From a virus: a stretch of DNA of 42,472 bases. Below are positions 28,425-37,546 of this stretch, in pieces. Positions within the stretch are counted from its first letter, which is position 1, and every line of letters starts with the position of its first letter. The translations under genes were made by a program, and so were the position numbers. The stretch lies in the UHGV virus genome UHGV-0206950; one strand, written 5' to 3'. Under the pieces are notes generated by a model. It saw only the letters and a list, made by a program, of their open reading frames with translations. It did not search any database and was not told the DNA's origin.

Positions 28425-29137
28425 GCATCGGCCAGAAATTAAATTTTGGTGCAAACATGAACCGGTTTGCAGAAAGAAAAGTGGAAGCTGCGCTGCAAAA
28501 AGCAGGAAAGGTGCTCCCTGCCAGTGTAGTAAAACAGAGCGGGAAGATGGTTACAGTGGCTTTTGAGCTGCGCGACATCCCTTATGTGCTTCCTCAGGTT
28601 ACCATCCCGCTATTTGGTCCTCAGTACATCCGATACCCAATGCAGCCGGGCGATAAGGGGATAGTCATCCCGGCGGATACTTATCTGGGAGGGGTAAGCG
28701 GGCAGGGAGGTGGTATTGCCGACCTGACACCACCGGCGAACCTTAGCGCGCTGGTATTTTTGCCAATCAGTAATACAGAGTGGGAAGGCGTCGACGGTCA
28801 GGTTGTGACCATTTACGGGCCCGAAGGTGTCACCATTCGGGATGCTGGCAGCAACACAACGTTTTTACTTACTCCTGACAGCATAACCATCGCCACTCCA
28901 ACGCAGTTCAAAGTGACCGTAGGGTCAACAGTTTTCACACTCACGGACGGTATGTGGAATCTGACTGGTCAGGCAGGGAAGTTGCAGGACGGAACAGCCA
29001 GCACAAGCCCGGCGATCATGCACGAGGGCTGGAAGTCGCTTGTTTCCTGGTGCAACAGCCATGTTCACTCCAACGGAAACGGCGGCAGCAATACCGGGAA
29101 CGCGACAGTGCAATTTAACGGGAATATCACTGAATGA
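28421..29137 (+). CDS. baseplate central spike / gpV-like protein
   Basis: OB-fold-like N-terminus (VTVAFELRDIPYVLPQVTIPLFGPQYIRYPMQPGDKGIVI), Gly/Asn-rich C-terminus. Confidence 0.4.
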   Translation: MSIGQKLNFGANMNRFAERKVEAALQKAGKVLPASVVKQSGKMVTVAFELRDIPYVLPQVTIPLFGPQYIRYPMQPGDKGIVIPADTYLGGVSGQGGGIADLTPPANLSALVFLPISNTEWEGVDGQVVTIYGPEGVTIRDAGSNTTFLLTPDSITIATPTQFKVTVGSTVFTLTDGMWNLTGQAGKLQDGTASTSPAIMHEGWKSLVSWCNSHVHSNGNGGSNTGNATVQFNGNITE

Positions 29138-29466
29138 GAACTTACGGCAGGAATTCAGATGGTAAGTGGACTCTGGTCGAAACAGATGAGAATGGATTCA
29201 ACGACGCGGTTTACCTGACTACTCTGGTGCAAAATCTTAAGCTTGCGCCGCAGGAGTCTCCGTTCTTCGCGAACAATGGTATTCCGGCTAACGGATCAGT
29301 AATACAGCAGGTATTGCCGACGTACTACGTTAACCGCCTGCAACAGCAATTTAGTCCCTACTTTTCATCGCTACAAATTGCTTTGGTTAGTGATGATCCA
29401 CCTGTTTATAACATTTCGGCGATAACAAACGCCGGTTCTAAAATTATTGCAACGGTGAACGTATGA
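29134..29466 (+). CDS. baseplate wedge protein, gpW/gp25-like (110 aa)
   Basis: size and position before J-like gene. Confidence 0.4.
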   Translation: MRTYGRNSDGKWTLVETDENGFNDAVYLTTLVQNLKLAPQESPFFANNGIPANGSVIQQVLPTYYVNRLQQQFSPYFSSLQIALVSDDPPVYNISAITNAGSKIIATVNV

Positions 29467-30881
29467 GTGATTTATCTGTTAGCTACACAGCTGCTGGCCC
29501 GGTTCCGCAAACCCCAGAAAGTCTGCGCGAGCAGCTGGTGTCACTGGCCGTTCAAATGGCGCCAGGCATCACCACCGAATTACCAGGCTCACTGATTGAG
29601 GATATCGTGAGTACAGACGTTGGCGCGTTGCTGATTTGCGATCAGGCGAGAGTCGATCTGATTAATTCGGTAGGGCCGCTTAAGGCTAACATTTACATGC
29701 TTAACCTGCTGGCTCAACAGGCTGGTATTGCACCACAGAAGACGCAGGGAGCAACGACTGTTCCTGTGCAATTCGATGGCCCGGCGGGATTTGGTATTCC
29801 TCAGGGGTTTGTAGTGTCCGATGGGACCTATACCTATACGCTTAACGATGCCACAATTATTCCCTCGTCTGGAATTACACCGCAGGTAACCTGTACGGCC
29901 ACCACGACAGGATCATGGGCGGTACCTGCTGGCACCGTTACCCAGATAATTAGCAGCGTTCCTGACGAAATTACATTGACCTGCACAAATCCGGTTGCAG
30001 GAGTTCCTGGCTTAGAACGTGAATCAAACTATCAGTTTCGTGATCGCGTCTGGGAATCCCAGATGTCTACTGTTCAGGGATATCCTGGCTTCATCAGGCA
30101 GAAGCTTACTGATGTTAATGGTGTGCAGGCTCGCCTGGTATCAGTCGTACAGGACGGTAACAGCTGGATAATCATGTGCGGGGGAGGTGATATTTATGAA
30201 ATGGCTGGGGCCATTTTTAAATCTGCCGGAGATATCAGCAGGCTAAAAGGAACGACAGTAGACGTTACTGGTATAACGAATGCTAATCCTGGTGTCGTCA
30301 CCACAGGTATAACTCATGGACTGACTAGCGGGCAGGTGGTCAACATCTCTGGCGTGAATGGTATGACTGGAATTAACAACGTTCCGCTAACCGCAACAGT
30401 GCTCACACCGCATACGTTTTCAATAGGTATAGATACTTCAGCGTCCGGTTCGTGGGCCGGGGGCGGAGAGGTCACGCCCAATGTAAGAAATAGTGTGGTG
30501 ACCATAAACGACTGGCCGGATAACTACCTAATCCCGTTTGTTATACCGTTGCAGCAAAATGTTACGGTGAAATTTGAGTGGGGATCTGAGGGGGTGAATT
30601 ACCTGACCGATGCTACAATTTTAACGCTGGTATCAGCACCTGTAATTCAGTACATAAACGGGATTTATGCGGGTAAGCCGTTAAATATTAATAATCTGAA
30701 AGATACCTTTCTTCAGTCCGTCAATACGGCTATTGATATGAGTTTAATTAGTAAGCTCAATGTTATTATCACTGTTAATGGAATTATTACTAATCCTGAC
30801 CAGAACACAAACATTATAAGTGGCGACCCATTTAGTTACTTCTATATAGCGTCAGATGGCGTAACTGTTGACGGAGTGTGA
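29463..30881 (+). CDS. baseplate J-like protein
   Basis: 472 aa, position in W-J-I order. Confidence 0.45.
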   Translation: MSDLSVSYTAAGPVPQTPESLREQLVSLAVQMAPGITTELPGSLIEDIVSTDVGALLICDQARVDLINSVGPLKANIYMLNLLAQQAGIAPQKTQGATTVPVQFDGPAGFGIPQGFVVSDGTYTYTLNDATIIPSSGITPQVTCTATTTGSWAVPAGTVTQIISSVPDEITLTCTNPVAGVPGLERESNYQFRDRVWESQMSTVQGYPGFIRQKLTDVNGVQARLVSVVQDGNSWIIMCGGGDIYEMAGAIFKSAGDISRLKGTTVDVTGITNANPGVVTTGITHGLTSGQVVNISGVNGMTGINNVPLTATVLTPHTFSIGIDTSASGSWAGGGEVTPNVRNSVVTINDWPDNYLIPFVIPLQQNVTVKFEWGSEGVNYLTDATILTLVSAPVIQYINGIYAGKPLNINNLKDTFLQSVNTAIDMSLISKLNVIITVNGIITNPDQNTNIISGDPFSYFYIASDGVTVDGV

Positions 30882-31587
30882 AATGCTTGAGGATATTATC
30901 CGTTCGTACCTGTACACGCAGTACAATGATGATGACAATATCCGTGCTTTCGTGACTGCGTATAACACGATGGCAAAAAATGTTTATGACTGGATGCGGA
31001 GTGCAAATCTGCCGATTTTTGTTGGTGGTTATAATGTAGGGGATCAACTCAGGTGGATAGCTCGTGGTATCTATGGCGTGAAACCTCCTGTATTGGCAAG
31101 CGGTCGCCAGCTGGTGATCGGGGCATTCAATACATTCACGTTTAACACTGTACCATTTAATACCCGCAAAGTAATAAACCAGTCAGAGCAGGTTGTTGTC
31201 TCTGATGACCTTTTCAAGCGGATTATGACGTGGAATTTCTATAAGGGGGATGGGTTTTACTTCACAATCCCCTGGCTGAAACGTCGGATTATGCGATTTC
31301 TTACGGGGGTGAATGGGGTTGATGTCGTGAACGACCAACACTGGAGTATTTCGGTGTTGTTCTCTGGTAGCGGGGCCAGTGTGTCAATTATCAAGGGCTT
31401 TAGAAAACTGACTAATTCTTCTGTATACAACACACAGACGTTCAATAGCAGGGCTTACAACCAGAAGACAAGCGTTCTAATAAAAAGTAACGAGTATGAG
31501 TACGCATCGCTGTTCAAGCAGGCTTTCGACAGCGGCCTGCTCCACATGCCGTTTTATCAGCCTGTTAGCGTGACTATTGTTGGATGA
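30868..31587 (+). CDS. tail protein I-like
   Basis: 239 aa, follows J-like gene. Confidence 0.4.
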   Translation: MTECEMLEDIIRSYLYTQYNDDDNIRAFVTAYNTMAKNVYDWMRSANLPIFVGGYNVGDQLRWIARGIYGVKPPVLASGRQLVIGAFNTFTFNTVPFNTRKVINQSEQVVVSDDLFKRIMTWNFYKGDGFYFTIPWLKRRIMRFLTGVNGVDVVNDQHWSISVLFSGSGASVSIIKGFRKLTNSSVYNTQTFNSRAYNQKTSVLIKSNEYEYASLFKQAFDSGLLHMPFYQPVSVTIVG

Positions 31588-31630
31588 GTGTTGTAGACTG
31601 CTACAGTCATTTTTAAAACTAGGTACTCTT

Positions 31631-32095
31631 ATGAAACCTTCAGGATTGCTGGTACTGTTTACCTTGACTTTTTCTGGTTTTGTTTTTTCCGGTGTAGATA
31701 ATGTTAATTCACTTGCTGCTCAGGATGAACAACAATTCAAGGACAAAATTAATGAAGTAAAAACTACTGGGTTGAAGCCAACGGATGATAATATTTATAA
31801 TATATGTTTCGCCTCGTCAATGCTGCTTATAAATGCAGCAAATGATGCCGTTAGCGGTCAATATATAGGTGATAAATGGATTGGTGAATTGCTTCTTATT
31901 AATCACAGCGAGTACAGGGATATAGTAAAGAGTTTGATTAAAACTGACAGTGTAATAGAGATAAAAAACAATCCAGAATACTTCAATAAAAATTTTCAGA
32001 TGAAATGCCGCGCATCTCCTGAAGAGTATATTAAAAATTATAAGAATATATTTAGGGTGAAAATGACAAAGGAAGATATAGATAATCAGTGGTGA
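31631..32095 (+). CDS. secreted hypothetical protein (signal peptide), AT-rich moron inside tail module
   Basis: MKPSGLLVLFTLTFSGFVFSG signal-like N-terminus; about 33% GC against about 52% flanks. Confidence 0.45.
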   Translation: MKPSGLLVLFTLTFSGFVFSGVDNVNSLAAQDEQQFKDKINEVKTTGLKPTDDNIYNICFASSMLLINAANDAVSGQYIGDKWIGELLLINHSEYRDIVKSLIKTDSVIEIKNNPEYFNKNFQMKCRASPEEYIKNYKNIFRVKMTKEDIDNQW

Positions 32096-32174
32096 TGATT
32101 CTAGAACGCATTTGATGAAACTGTATAACCTCGCTTCGGCGGGGTTTTTTATTGCCAAAAATCTCGGAGGAAAA

Positions 32175-33284
32175 ATGGCACTATCTCTTTTAGCCGCTAA
32201 CAATGCTCAGACAGTGCTTGCGGCTGGAATTAGCTCAACGGCAACATCTCTTACCGTAAACACTGGAACAGGAACGCTTTTCCCGTCCCCGGTAACAGGA
32301 ACCAGCTTCTTTAAACTGACGATTATCGATGCTGCCACAGGCTCGCTCACTGAGATTGTTCATGTTACCGCCAGAAATGGTGATGTCTTTACTATCCAGC
32401 GCGGACAGGAAGGAACTGTCGCGCGAGCATGGTCTGCAAATGACATTGCGGCAAACATGATGACGGCCGGAACGCTGTCCTACATCCTTGGGAACTTCCA
32501 GCCGCTGGATCCTACATTGACGGCGTTAGCCGCGTTAGTGGGCGTTGCGAATAAATTACCGTATTTCAACGGGAATGATACTGCAGCTTTGACCGACCTC
32601 ACTCAGGTAGGCCGCGACATTATCGGTAAAAGCACTATTGCCGACATTCTCACATACCTTGGTTTGGTGGATGCATCAGGTATCGTTGGTCGTCTGGTGA
32701 ATATTCAGGTGATTACTTCTACCCAACAGTACGTACCAACAACGGGTGCCAGGAGAATTATTTCTATCTTAACTGGCGGTGGCGCAGGCGGGGCGCCGGC
32801 AAACGCAGCGACAACCAGTCAGATCTATTCAGGAGGCGGTGGAGGGGCTGGGGGGACCGCTATTGGTATTTTCACCTTATCTGCAATCAGTAATTTTCTG
32901 GTGACTGTCGGTTCAGGCGGGGCGTCAAATAATGCTGGCGGCAATTCAACGGCGTTTGGGATGACGGCACGCGGTGGCCTTCCGGGCACTAATAATGTCG
33001 GGACCAGTTCGTCAGCCGGAGGATTCGGCTCGGATTCGTCGGGAGGGTTAATCAATATTTCTGGCGGTGATGGCGGCGATGGACAAGCAGCAACAAGACT
33101 TGTCGGAGGTACTGGCGGTTCATCGTTCTGGGGAGGCTCAGGGCGAAGTGGCTCCGGGAATGGTGCACCAGGGAAGGCGCCCGGCTCTGGAGGTGGCGGT
33201 GCGCGTGATGATCAGCTCTCCGGCACGGCTTATACAGGTGGGGCTGGGGCAGATGGAATTTGTTTAATACTGGAGTTTGCATAA
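32175..33284 (+). CDS. tail fibre protein with Gly-rich C-terminal (variable) domain
   Basis: GGAGG SD; N-terminal fibre-like segment; C-terminal 200 aa rich in GGxGG runs; followed by tail-fibre assembly gene and inverted alternative segment. Confidence 0.6.
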   Translation: MALSLLAANNAQTVLAAGISSTATSLTVNTGTGTLFPSPVTGTSFFKLTIIDAATGSLTEIVHVTARNGDVFTIQRGQEGTVARAWSANDIAANMMTAGTLSYILGNFQPLDPTLTALAALVGVANKLPYFNGNDTAALTDLTQVGRDIIGKSTIADILTYLGLVDASGIVGRLVNIQVITSTQQYVPTTGARRIISILTGGGAGGAPANAATTSQIYSGGGGGAGGTAIGIFTLSAISNFLVTVGSGGASNNAGGNSTAFGMTARGGLPGTNNVGTSSSAGGFGSDSSGGLINISGGDGGDGQAATRLVGGTGGSSFWGGSGRSGSGNGAPGKAPGSGGGGARDDQLSGTAYTGGAGADGICLILEFA

Positions 33285-33691
33285 TGAATATTGCGCTGGT
33301 TTTGAACGGGATCGTTATCAACACGATTATTTGTGAATCAGTAGGACTTGCCGAAGAGTTAAACCCTGAGTGCGTGGCCGTCGATATAGACAGCATTCAT
33401 GCAGGAATTGGCTGGTCGTATGACGGTTCGAAATTTATAGCACCGATTATTGAGAAAACGCCTGAGGAACTTGCTGCGGAAAATCTATCCACAGCTCAAT
33501 CAGAATATGACCGGGCTACCGCTGTTATCAACGGTTTAAATGAGCAGATAGAAGACGCTGATTATGCAGGAACTACCGAAGATGAAGTTCGTTCTGCGCT
33601 GACCGCATGGACGGATTACCGCAAGCAGTTGCGTGCATACATCAAAGTGGGTGACGGTAGAGACTCCCTACCGCCTCAGCCAGATAATTAA
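33284..33691 (+). CDS. tail fibre assembly protein (Tfa-like)
   Basis: TAATG overlap with fibre gene; C-terminal ...RSALTAWTDYRKQLRAYI typical of Tfa proteins. Confidence 0.55.
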   Translation: MNIALVLNGIVINTIICESVGLAEELNPECVAVDIDSIHAGIGWSYDGSKFIAPIIEKTPEELAAENLSTAQSEYDRATAVINGLNEQIEDADYAGTTEDEVRSALTAWTDYRKQLRAYIKVGDGRDSLPPQPDN

Positions 33692-33897
33692 GCAGTTCCC
33701 CACGTGGGTAGCCCATTGCTACCCACAACACGCTTCATTCCCTCCGGTGGTACACCTAAAAACTCCAGAGCCATATCGTCATCGACGGGCTTAATATCAT
33801 CAGGCAAAACGCCATTTGCACGGTATGCGTCGAGTAACACTGTCGGGTAAAATTGATTCGTTGACGCGCTATAAAAGTAAATATTCATTATCACCAC
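33688..33897 (-). CDS. alternative tail fibre assembly protein (inverted orientation; U'-like)
   Basis: N-terminus MNIYFYSASTNQFYP matches common Tfa N-termini; convergent with and overlapping Tfa by 4 nt. Confidence 0.5.
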   Translation of the reverse strand: MVIMNIYFYSASTNQFYPTVLLDAYRANGVLPDDIKPVDDDMALEFLGVPPEGMKRVVGSNGLPTWGTA

Positions 33898-34265
33898 CCC
33901 TTCGCATACCAGTTACATGTCAAATTCGCCGGATTGACGTTATTACCCTCTGCGGTTGCGCAGCCAACTCTGAATTTTGAGTTACTGACAGGGAATGCCT
34001 GTGAAATCTCAGCATATGACGTGTCATTCGGATCTGAGCTAATCAAAACGAACGCACAACGGTTCGGGAACGGGATGACGAAATCCCCATCGCCGTTTCC
34101 ATAATTACCGCGCCCCCACTGCTCCAGAAATCCGTCTGGAGTCAATCGCCACCCGTAATCCGCTTTCAGCGATGTCCACTTGCTCATGTCGGGGATCTGG
34201 TTTGTCCCGGTCCCTACATCCCTTTTTGCCGCTTCTCCCAGACCAACGTTTTTAATAATGATCAT
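33891..34265 (-). CDS. alternative tail fibre C-terminal variable segment (S'v-like) in inverted orientation
   Basis: ORF opposite the fibre gene, lacks own N-terminal constant part; in-frame TAA immediately upstream of its ATG; lies between Tfa' and invertase as in Mu/P1 invertible segments. Confidence 0.45.
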   Translation of the reverse strand: MIIIKNVGLGEAAKRDVGTGTNQIPDMSKWTSLKADYGWRLTPDGFLEQWGRGNYGNGDGDFVIPFPNRCAFVLISSDPNDTSYAEISQAFPVSNSKFRVGCATAEGNNVNPANLTCNWYAKGW

Positions 34266-34312
34266 TTATCGCTCAGATGGCATGATTCCGGCCTTTTGCA
34301 GGAAGAAAACTC

Positions 34313-34733
34313 ATGCTGATTGGCTATGTACGCGTGTCAACAAATGACCAGAACACTGCACTCCAGCGAAACGCGCTCGAGAGTGCAGGATGTGAACTGA
34401 TATTCGAAGATAAGATCAGCGGTAAGGTGTCCGACAGACCAGGATTAAAATACGAGTACGCCTATGGGGAGATTCTTCTTTCATGTTATGGGTGCACTGG
34501 CCGAAATGGAAAGGGAGCTTATTGTCGAACGCACCCGCGCCGGTTTAGCAGCCGCACGCGCAGAAGGGCGGATAGGTGGAAGGCGCCCGAAGTTTAGTAG
34601 TGAAGAATGGGCGCAAATGGGACGATTGATAAAAAATGGAATGGCGCGAAAGCAGGTTTCAATTATTTACGATGTTGGAGTATCTACACTGTACAAAAAA
34701 TTCCCTGTGTCTATATGTGAGGTCGGAAACTAG
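34313..34733 (+). pseudogene. Gin/Hin/Cin-family serine DNA invertase disrupted by internal deletion of about 140 bp with frameshift
   Basis: N-terminus MLIGYVRVSTNDQNTALQRNALESAGCELIFEDKISGKVSDRPGLK matches invertases; after RPGLK the frame is lost; downstream ORF in another frame resumes MGRFFFHVMGALAEMERELIVERTRAGLAAARAEGRIGGRRPKF...YDVGVSTLYKK; about 50 residues of the catalytic domain missing. Confidence 0.7.
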
Positions 34734-34993
34734 TTGAACCTACCGTGGGGGTTATCAATACCTGCATCCATGTAGTTTATTGCTTTCTGTAACTCCTTTA
34801 TCAGTTCTTCTGCACGAGTACGTGAGATACACATAAACTGATCTGGGAATTCCTTTACTGGCCAATGTGGGATGCATGCCATGTTATCGATGAATGATGC
34901 AGACAGATAGACTTCATTTGTGAGCAGGGAATAGCTGACGTTAAAACCAGCTAATTCTTGTAGGCTGCTGACATTGGATTCTCTGTTTTTCAT
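34730..34993 (-). CDS. hypothetical protein (87 aa), AT-rich moron adjacent to attP
   Basis: low-GC ORF with AT-rich upstream region 34994-35170. Confidence 0.35.
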   Translation of the reverse strand: MKNRESNVSSLQELAGFNVSYSLLTNEVYLSASFIDNMACIPHWPVKEFPDQFMCISRTRAEELIKELQKAINYMDAGIDNPHGRFN

Positions 34994-35182
34994 GATAGTC
35001 TCGGTACTGTGTTTTTATACAGCTACTATCCTCAATAGCAGATAATCAGTCAAGACATAGTGCATAATTTAGAAGAATATCGACGTTTGCGTTGTACCTA
35101 ATGTATTGTTTTTGAGGTGCTTTTTGTATTGATGTTATTCTTTTTTATTATGTTATAATTTTGATTTTTAAGTGTTATTTTT

Positions 35183-35242
35183 CGGTCTTGAAAACCGGCG
35201 ACCCGAAAGGGTTCTAGAGTTCGAATCTCTACGCTTCCGCCA
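35183..35242 (+). other. attP core: 60 nt matching the 3' part of tRNA-Ser(UGA) (anticodon stem-loop, long variable arm, T-arm, acceptor 3' strand, CCA); not a complete tRNA
   Basis: CGGTCTTGAAAACCGGCGACCCGAAAGGGTTCTAGAGTTCGAATCTCTACGCTTCCGCCA versus E. coli serT 3' end ...CCGGTCTTGAAAACCGGCGACCCGAAAGGGTTCCAGAGTTCGAATCTCTGCGCTTCCGCCA (from memory); 5' acceptor/D-arm absent. Confidence 0.7.
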
Positions 35243-35250
35243 AATTTAAC

Positions 35251-35286
35251 AAGGGGTTAGCTAAATGCTAACCCCTTTGTTTTTTG
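35251..35286 (+). terminator. rho-independent terminator (11-bp stem aaggggttagc/gctaacccctt, T6 tract) just after tRNA-like core
   Basis: read directly. Confidence 0.65.
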
Positions 35287-35349
35287 AGCGGAAGAATAAA
35301 GAAAGAATATTCGAAAAGAATATCCACTCCCTCCCAATTGCATAAAAAA

Positions 35350-36369
35350 TCACTTCTTACCTATTACCGGGCGATCAAGCGTCGGGCTAATTTGTACCTT
35401 CCTGTCATAAATAAGCACCTGGCTTTCAGTCTTGTGTCCGCTAAATATCTGCTTATCCCTGCTGCTCCCTTCAAAATCTGAGATGGCTTTTGCCTTAATG
35501 TCGTGGAATGTGTAATCCAGTTGCCGGTTAAGTTCACTCTGTGCGGCCCGCACGGCCTTTAGCCAGCGATTATTGAATGTCTTGCGGATGAACTGCCCGC
35601 GATCGCTGTTATAGAGAACCAATGCGTCAGGTGAAAGCTTCGGGCATGCTGCCTGTGCCGTTTCCAGTGCTTCCCGCAGGCGAGGTGTCCAGACCTTTAT
35701 CTGTTTTTTCCCGGTTTTGCCCTGTTGGATAAAAATCCCTTTATCAGATATTTGCATCCAACGTAGCTCGAGTACGTCAGCTTGTCGCGCGGCGCATAAG
35801 TAAGATATTTCCATTGCAGCTCTGACGACGTGATCAGCATGTTTATAGATAGCCAGATAGTCTTCGTCAGTGATGTATTGCTCACGAGCCTTGAGAGAGA
35901 ATTTGCTGACGCCGGCACAGGGGTTTCCCTTAACGTATCCACGCTCATATCCCCAGCGGTAAACGCGAGACATGCTGCTCATTTCCTGGTTGGCCTGGTT
36001 CTTACTTTGCAGACCACGACGATCCATAAACTGGCGCACGTCTTCAGGTTTGATTACGTCAGCTTTAACCTTGCCGAATACAGCGAGTAGTTTTTTCTGA
36101 TGTTGTAGATAGTCACGCTGGGTTCGTATTGCCAACTCTGTGTAGTAGGCGCTTTTGAGAAACATTCCCCAGAGCTTTTCGAACGTCATTACATCTGAGT
36201 AATTCCGTCGTTCTTCCTCATACCGTTTCCATAACGCTGACATAGTGAGAGTGATTGGCCCCAGTGTCACGGTCTCCCGTGACGTGGGTTTGTAGTAGTA
36301 ACGCGTTTTTGTTTTGGATACGCGCGGCGGCAGTCTGTTATCTCCAGGATCCTTTCTTCTGCGCCCCAT
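35350..36369 (-). CDS. int: tyrosine integrase (P4-type, tRNA-targeting)
   Basis: C-terminal catalytic region with H-x-x-R and terminal Y (HDIKAKAISDF...SGHKTESQVLIYDRK); adjacent to tRNA-derived att core. Confidence 0.85.
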   Translation of the reverse strand: MGRRRKDPGDNRLPPRVSKTKTRYYYKPTSRETVTLGPITLTMSALWKRYEEERRNYSDVMTFEKLWGMFLKSAYYTELAIRTQRDYLQHQKKLLAVFGKVKADVIKPEDVRQFMDRRGLQSKNQANQEMSSMSRVYRWGYERGYVKGNPCAGVSKFSLKAREQYITDEDYLAIYKHADHVVRAAMEISYLCAARQADVLELRWMQISDKGIFIQQGKTGKKQIKVWTPRLREALETAQAACPKLSPDALVLYNSDRGQFIRKTFNNRWLKAVRAAQSELNRQLDYTFHDIKAKAISDFEGSSRDKQIFSGHKTESQVLIYDRKVQISPTLDRPVIGKK

Positions 36370-36594
36370 TTAAATAGCTCCGAAATCAGGTTTTTCTTCT
36401 GTGCTAGTCTGTACGGTGATCTGTCCGTTTAATACAGCGTTAATGTGCGTCCAGGTAACCATCGGGCGACCTTCCCTATCGGGTATGTACGAGACGCCGC
36501 CACGGTCGAGAATTTCCCTTTGTTTGGATGCCTTCTGATAACCGGTAAACTCAATCAGTTCTGCGTCTGTTAGCAGATCGTTTTCTCTGGTCAT
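36370..36594 (-). CDS. putative excisionase / small DNA-binding protein
   Basis: 74-aa ORF immediately upstream of int in same operon. Confidence 0.45.
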   Translation of the reverse strand: MTRENDLLTDAELIEFTGYQKASKQREILDRGGVSYIPDREGRPMVTWTHINAVLNGQITVQTSTEEKPDFGAI

Positions 36595-36787
36595 GTTGGT
36601 CTTTCCTCATCATCCGGTACACGGCGTCATCAGCATCACTGCATGCGCGTTCGATGTCGGACTGGGTCAGAGTCTTCTTTCGTACGCTTGCCGATAACCG
36701 GCCAATCTTTATATCGAAATCTGTGAGCAGAGTAGCTCCGGGTTGCCATCGCAGCATTGCAGCCTCCAGTGTTTGGTGAGGCCACAA
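36551..36787 (-). CDS. hypothetical protein (78 aa)
   Basis: ORF in early-left operon; 44-nt overlap with downstream gene makes extent uncertain. Confidence 0.3.
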   Translation of the reverse strand: MWPHQTLEAAMLRWQPGATLLTDFDIKIGRLSASVRKKTLTQSDIERACSDADDAVYRMMRKDQHDQRKRSANRRRTD

Positions 36788-36806
36788 TGCTAGCGATAGT
36801 ATGGTT

Positions 36807-36989
36807 TTATTTCTGATTACGCTTAATCAGGTTTTCGGGTAGGAATGCGCCTTTCTCACGAGTCACTTTAACGCTTTTCGGCAGGTGCATTCCCAACTCG
36901 CAACGGCTACGCGCTTCAATAATGCCGTTACTTCCATCTGAAAATACTACGTGAACCGCATCGCCACGTTTTAGGGATAGTTTCAGCAT
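36807..36989 (-). CDS. hypothetical protein (60 aa); 3' end lies within 25-bp repeat
   Basis: ORF; C-terminal ENLIKRNQK encoded by the repeat copy at 36812-36836. Confidence 0.3.
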   Translation of the reverse strand: MLKLSLKRGDAVHVVFSDGSNGIIEARSRCELGMHLPKSVKVTREKGAFLPENLIKRNQK

Positions 36990-36991
36990 AG

Positions 36992-37546
36992 TTAACGTAC
37001 CTGTAGTGAGCGTTCGCCGATCTCAAGGTGAGCACCCGGTACCGGATTTAACAATTCTGCTGGTACTTCACCACCATCAGCCGTGATTTGCGCTGCGGCA
37101 GCTTCCGCAGCCTCGATCGCTTCTTTGATGGCTTTTTTGTCCGGAGCGACAATCGTCTGAACAGTAACCAACTCATCCGGTAATAGCTTTTCGTTGTCGA
37201 TAACAACGCTGACGCTACCTTTTCGGGCGGTAAAGCTATTCTTAGGGGTCTTGAGTTTGTCCAGATTGGCAGCAAGCAGGCAAGACAGAATATATTTACG
37301 AAGCGTTTTATCTTTATTTTCGAAAGACTTTTTACGCTCAGCCAGGCGCTTTATTTCTTCATCGCATGTTTTGGCATGGCCAAGGTTATTACGTGCAATG
37401 ACCATGATGGCATCCAGCTTATCCGCCAGTTCCCCTTCAATTCCTTCCAGTGTATCGGTGATCATCTCCGGAGTTAGTTCATCAGAGCTTTCCAGCAATT
37501 GCAGAAGGTTGGTGTAGTCAGCAGCTAATGCGATTGCAGTAGTCAT
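36992..37546 (-). CDS. Gp157-family protein (recombination-module associated)
   Basis: resembles siphovirus Gp157-family proteins by recollection; sits directly downstream of Erf-like gene with ATGA-type coupling. Confidence 0.45.
   Translation of the reverse strand: MTTAIALAADYTNLLQLLESSDELTPEMITDTLEGIEGELADKLDAIMVIARNNLGHAKTCDEEIKRLAERKKSFENKDKTLRKYILSCLLAANLDKLKTPKNSFTARKGSVSVVIDNEKLLPDELVTVQTIVAPDKKAIKEAIEAAEAAAAQITADGGEVPAELLNPVPGAHLEIGERSLQVR

Noticed and set aside
34266-34300. Precise 26-bp gix/hix-type crossover site next to the invertase
   Set aside because: Only a partial half-site resemblance (TTCCTGCAAAAGG) was found, and I could not find a matching inverted partner in the fibre gene by eye, so it is left unannotated.
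34313-34733. Two separate small genes, 34313-34597 and 34464-34733
   Set aside because: Together they reconstruct a Gin/Hin invertase with a missing middle, so they are one disrupted gene and not two.
35183-35242. Complete tRNA-Ser gene
   Set aside because: Only the 3' 60 nt are present. There is no 5' acceptor strand or D-arm upstream, where the sequence is AT-rich.
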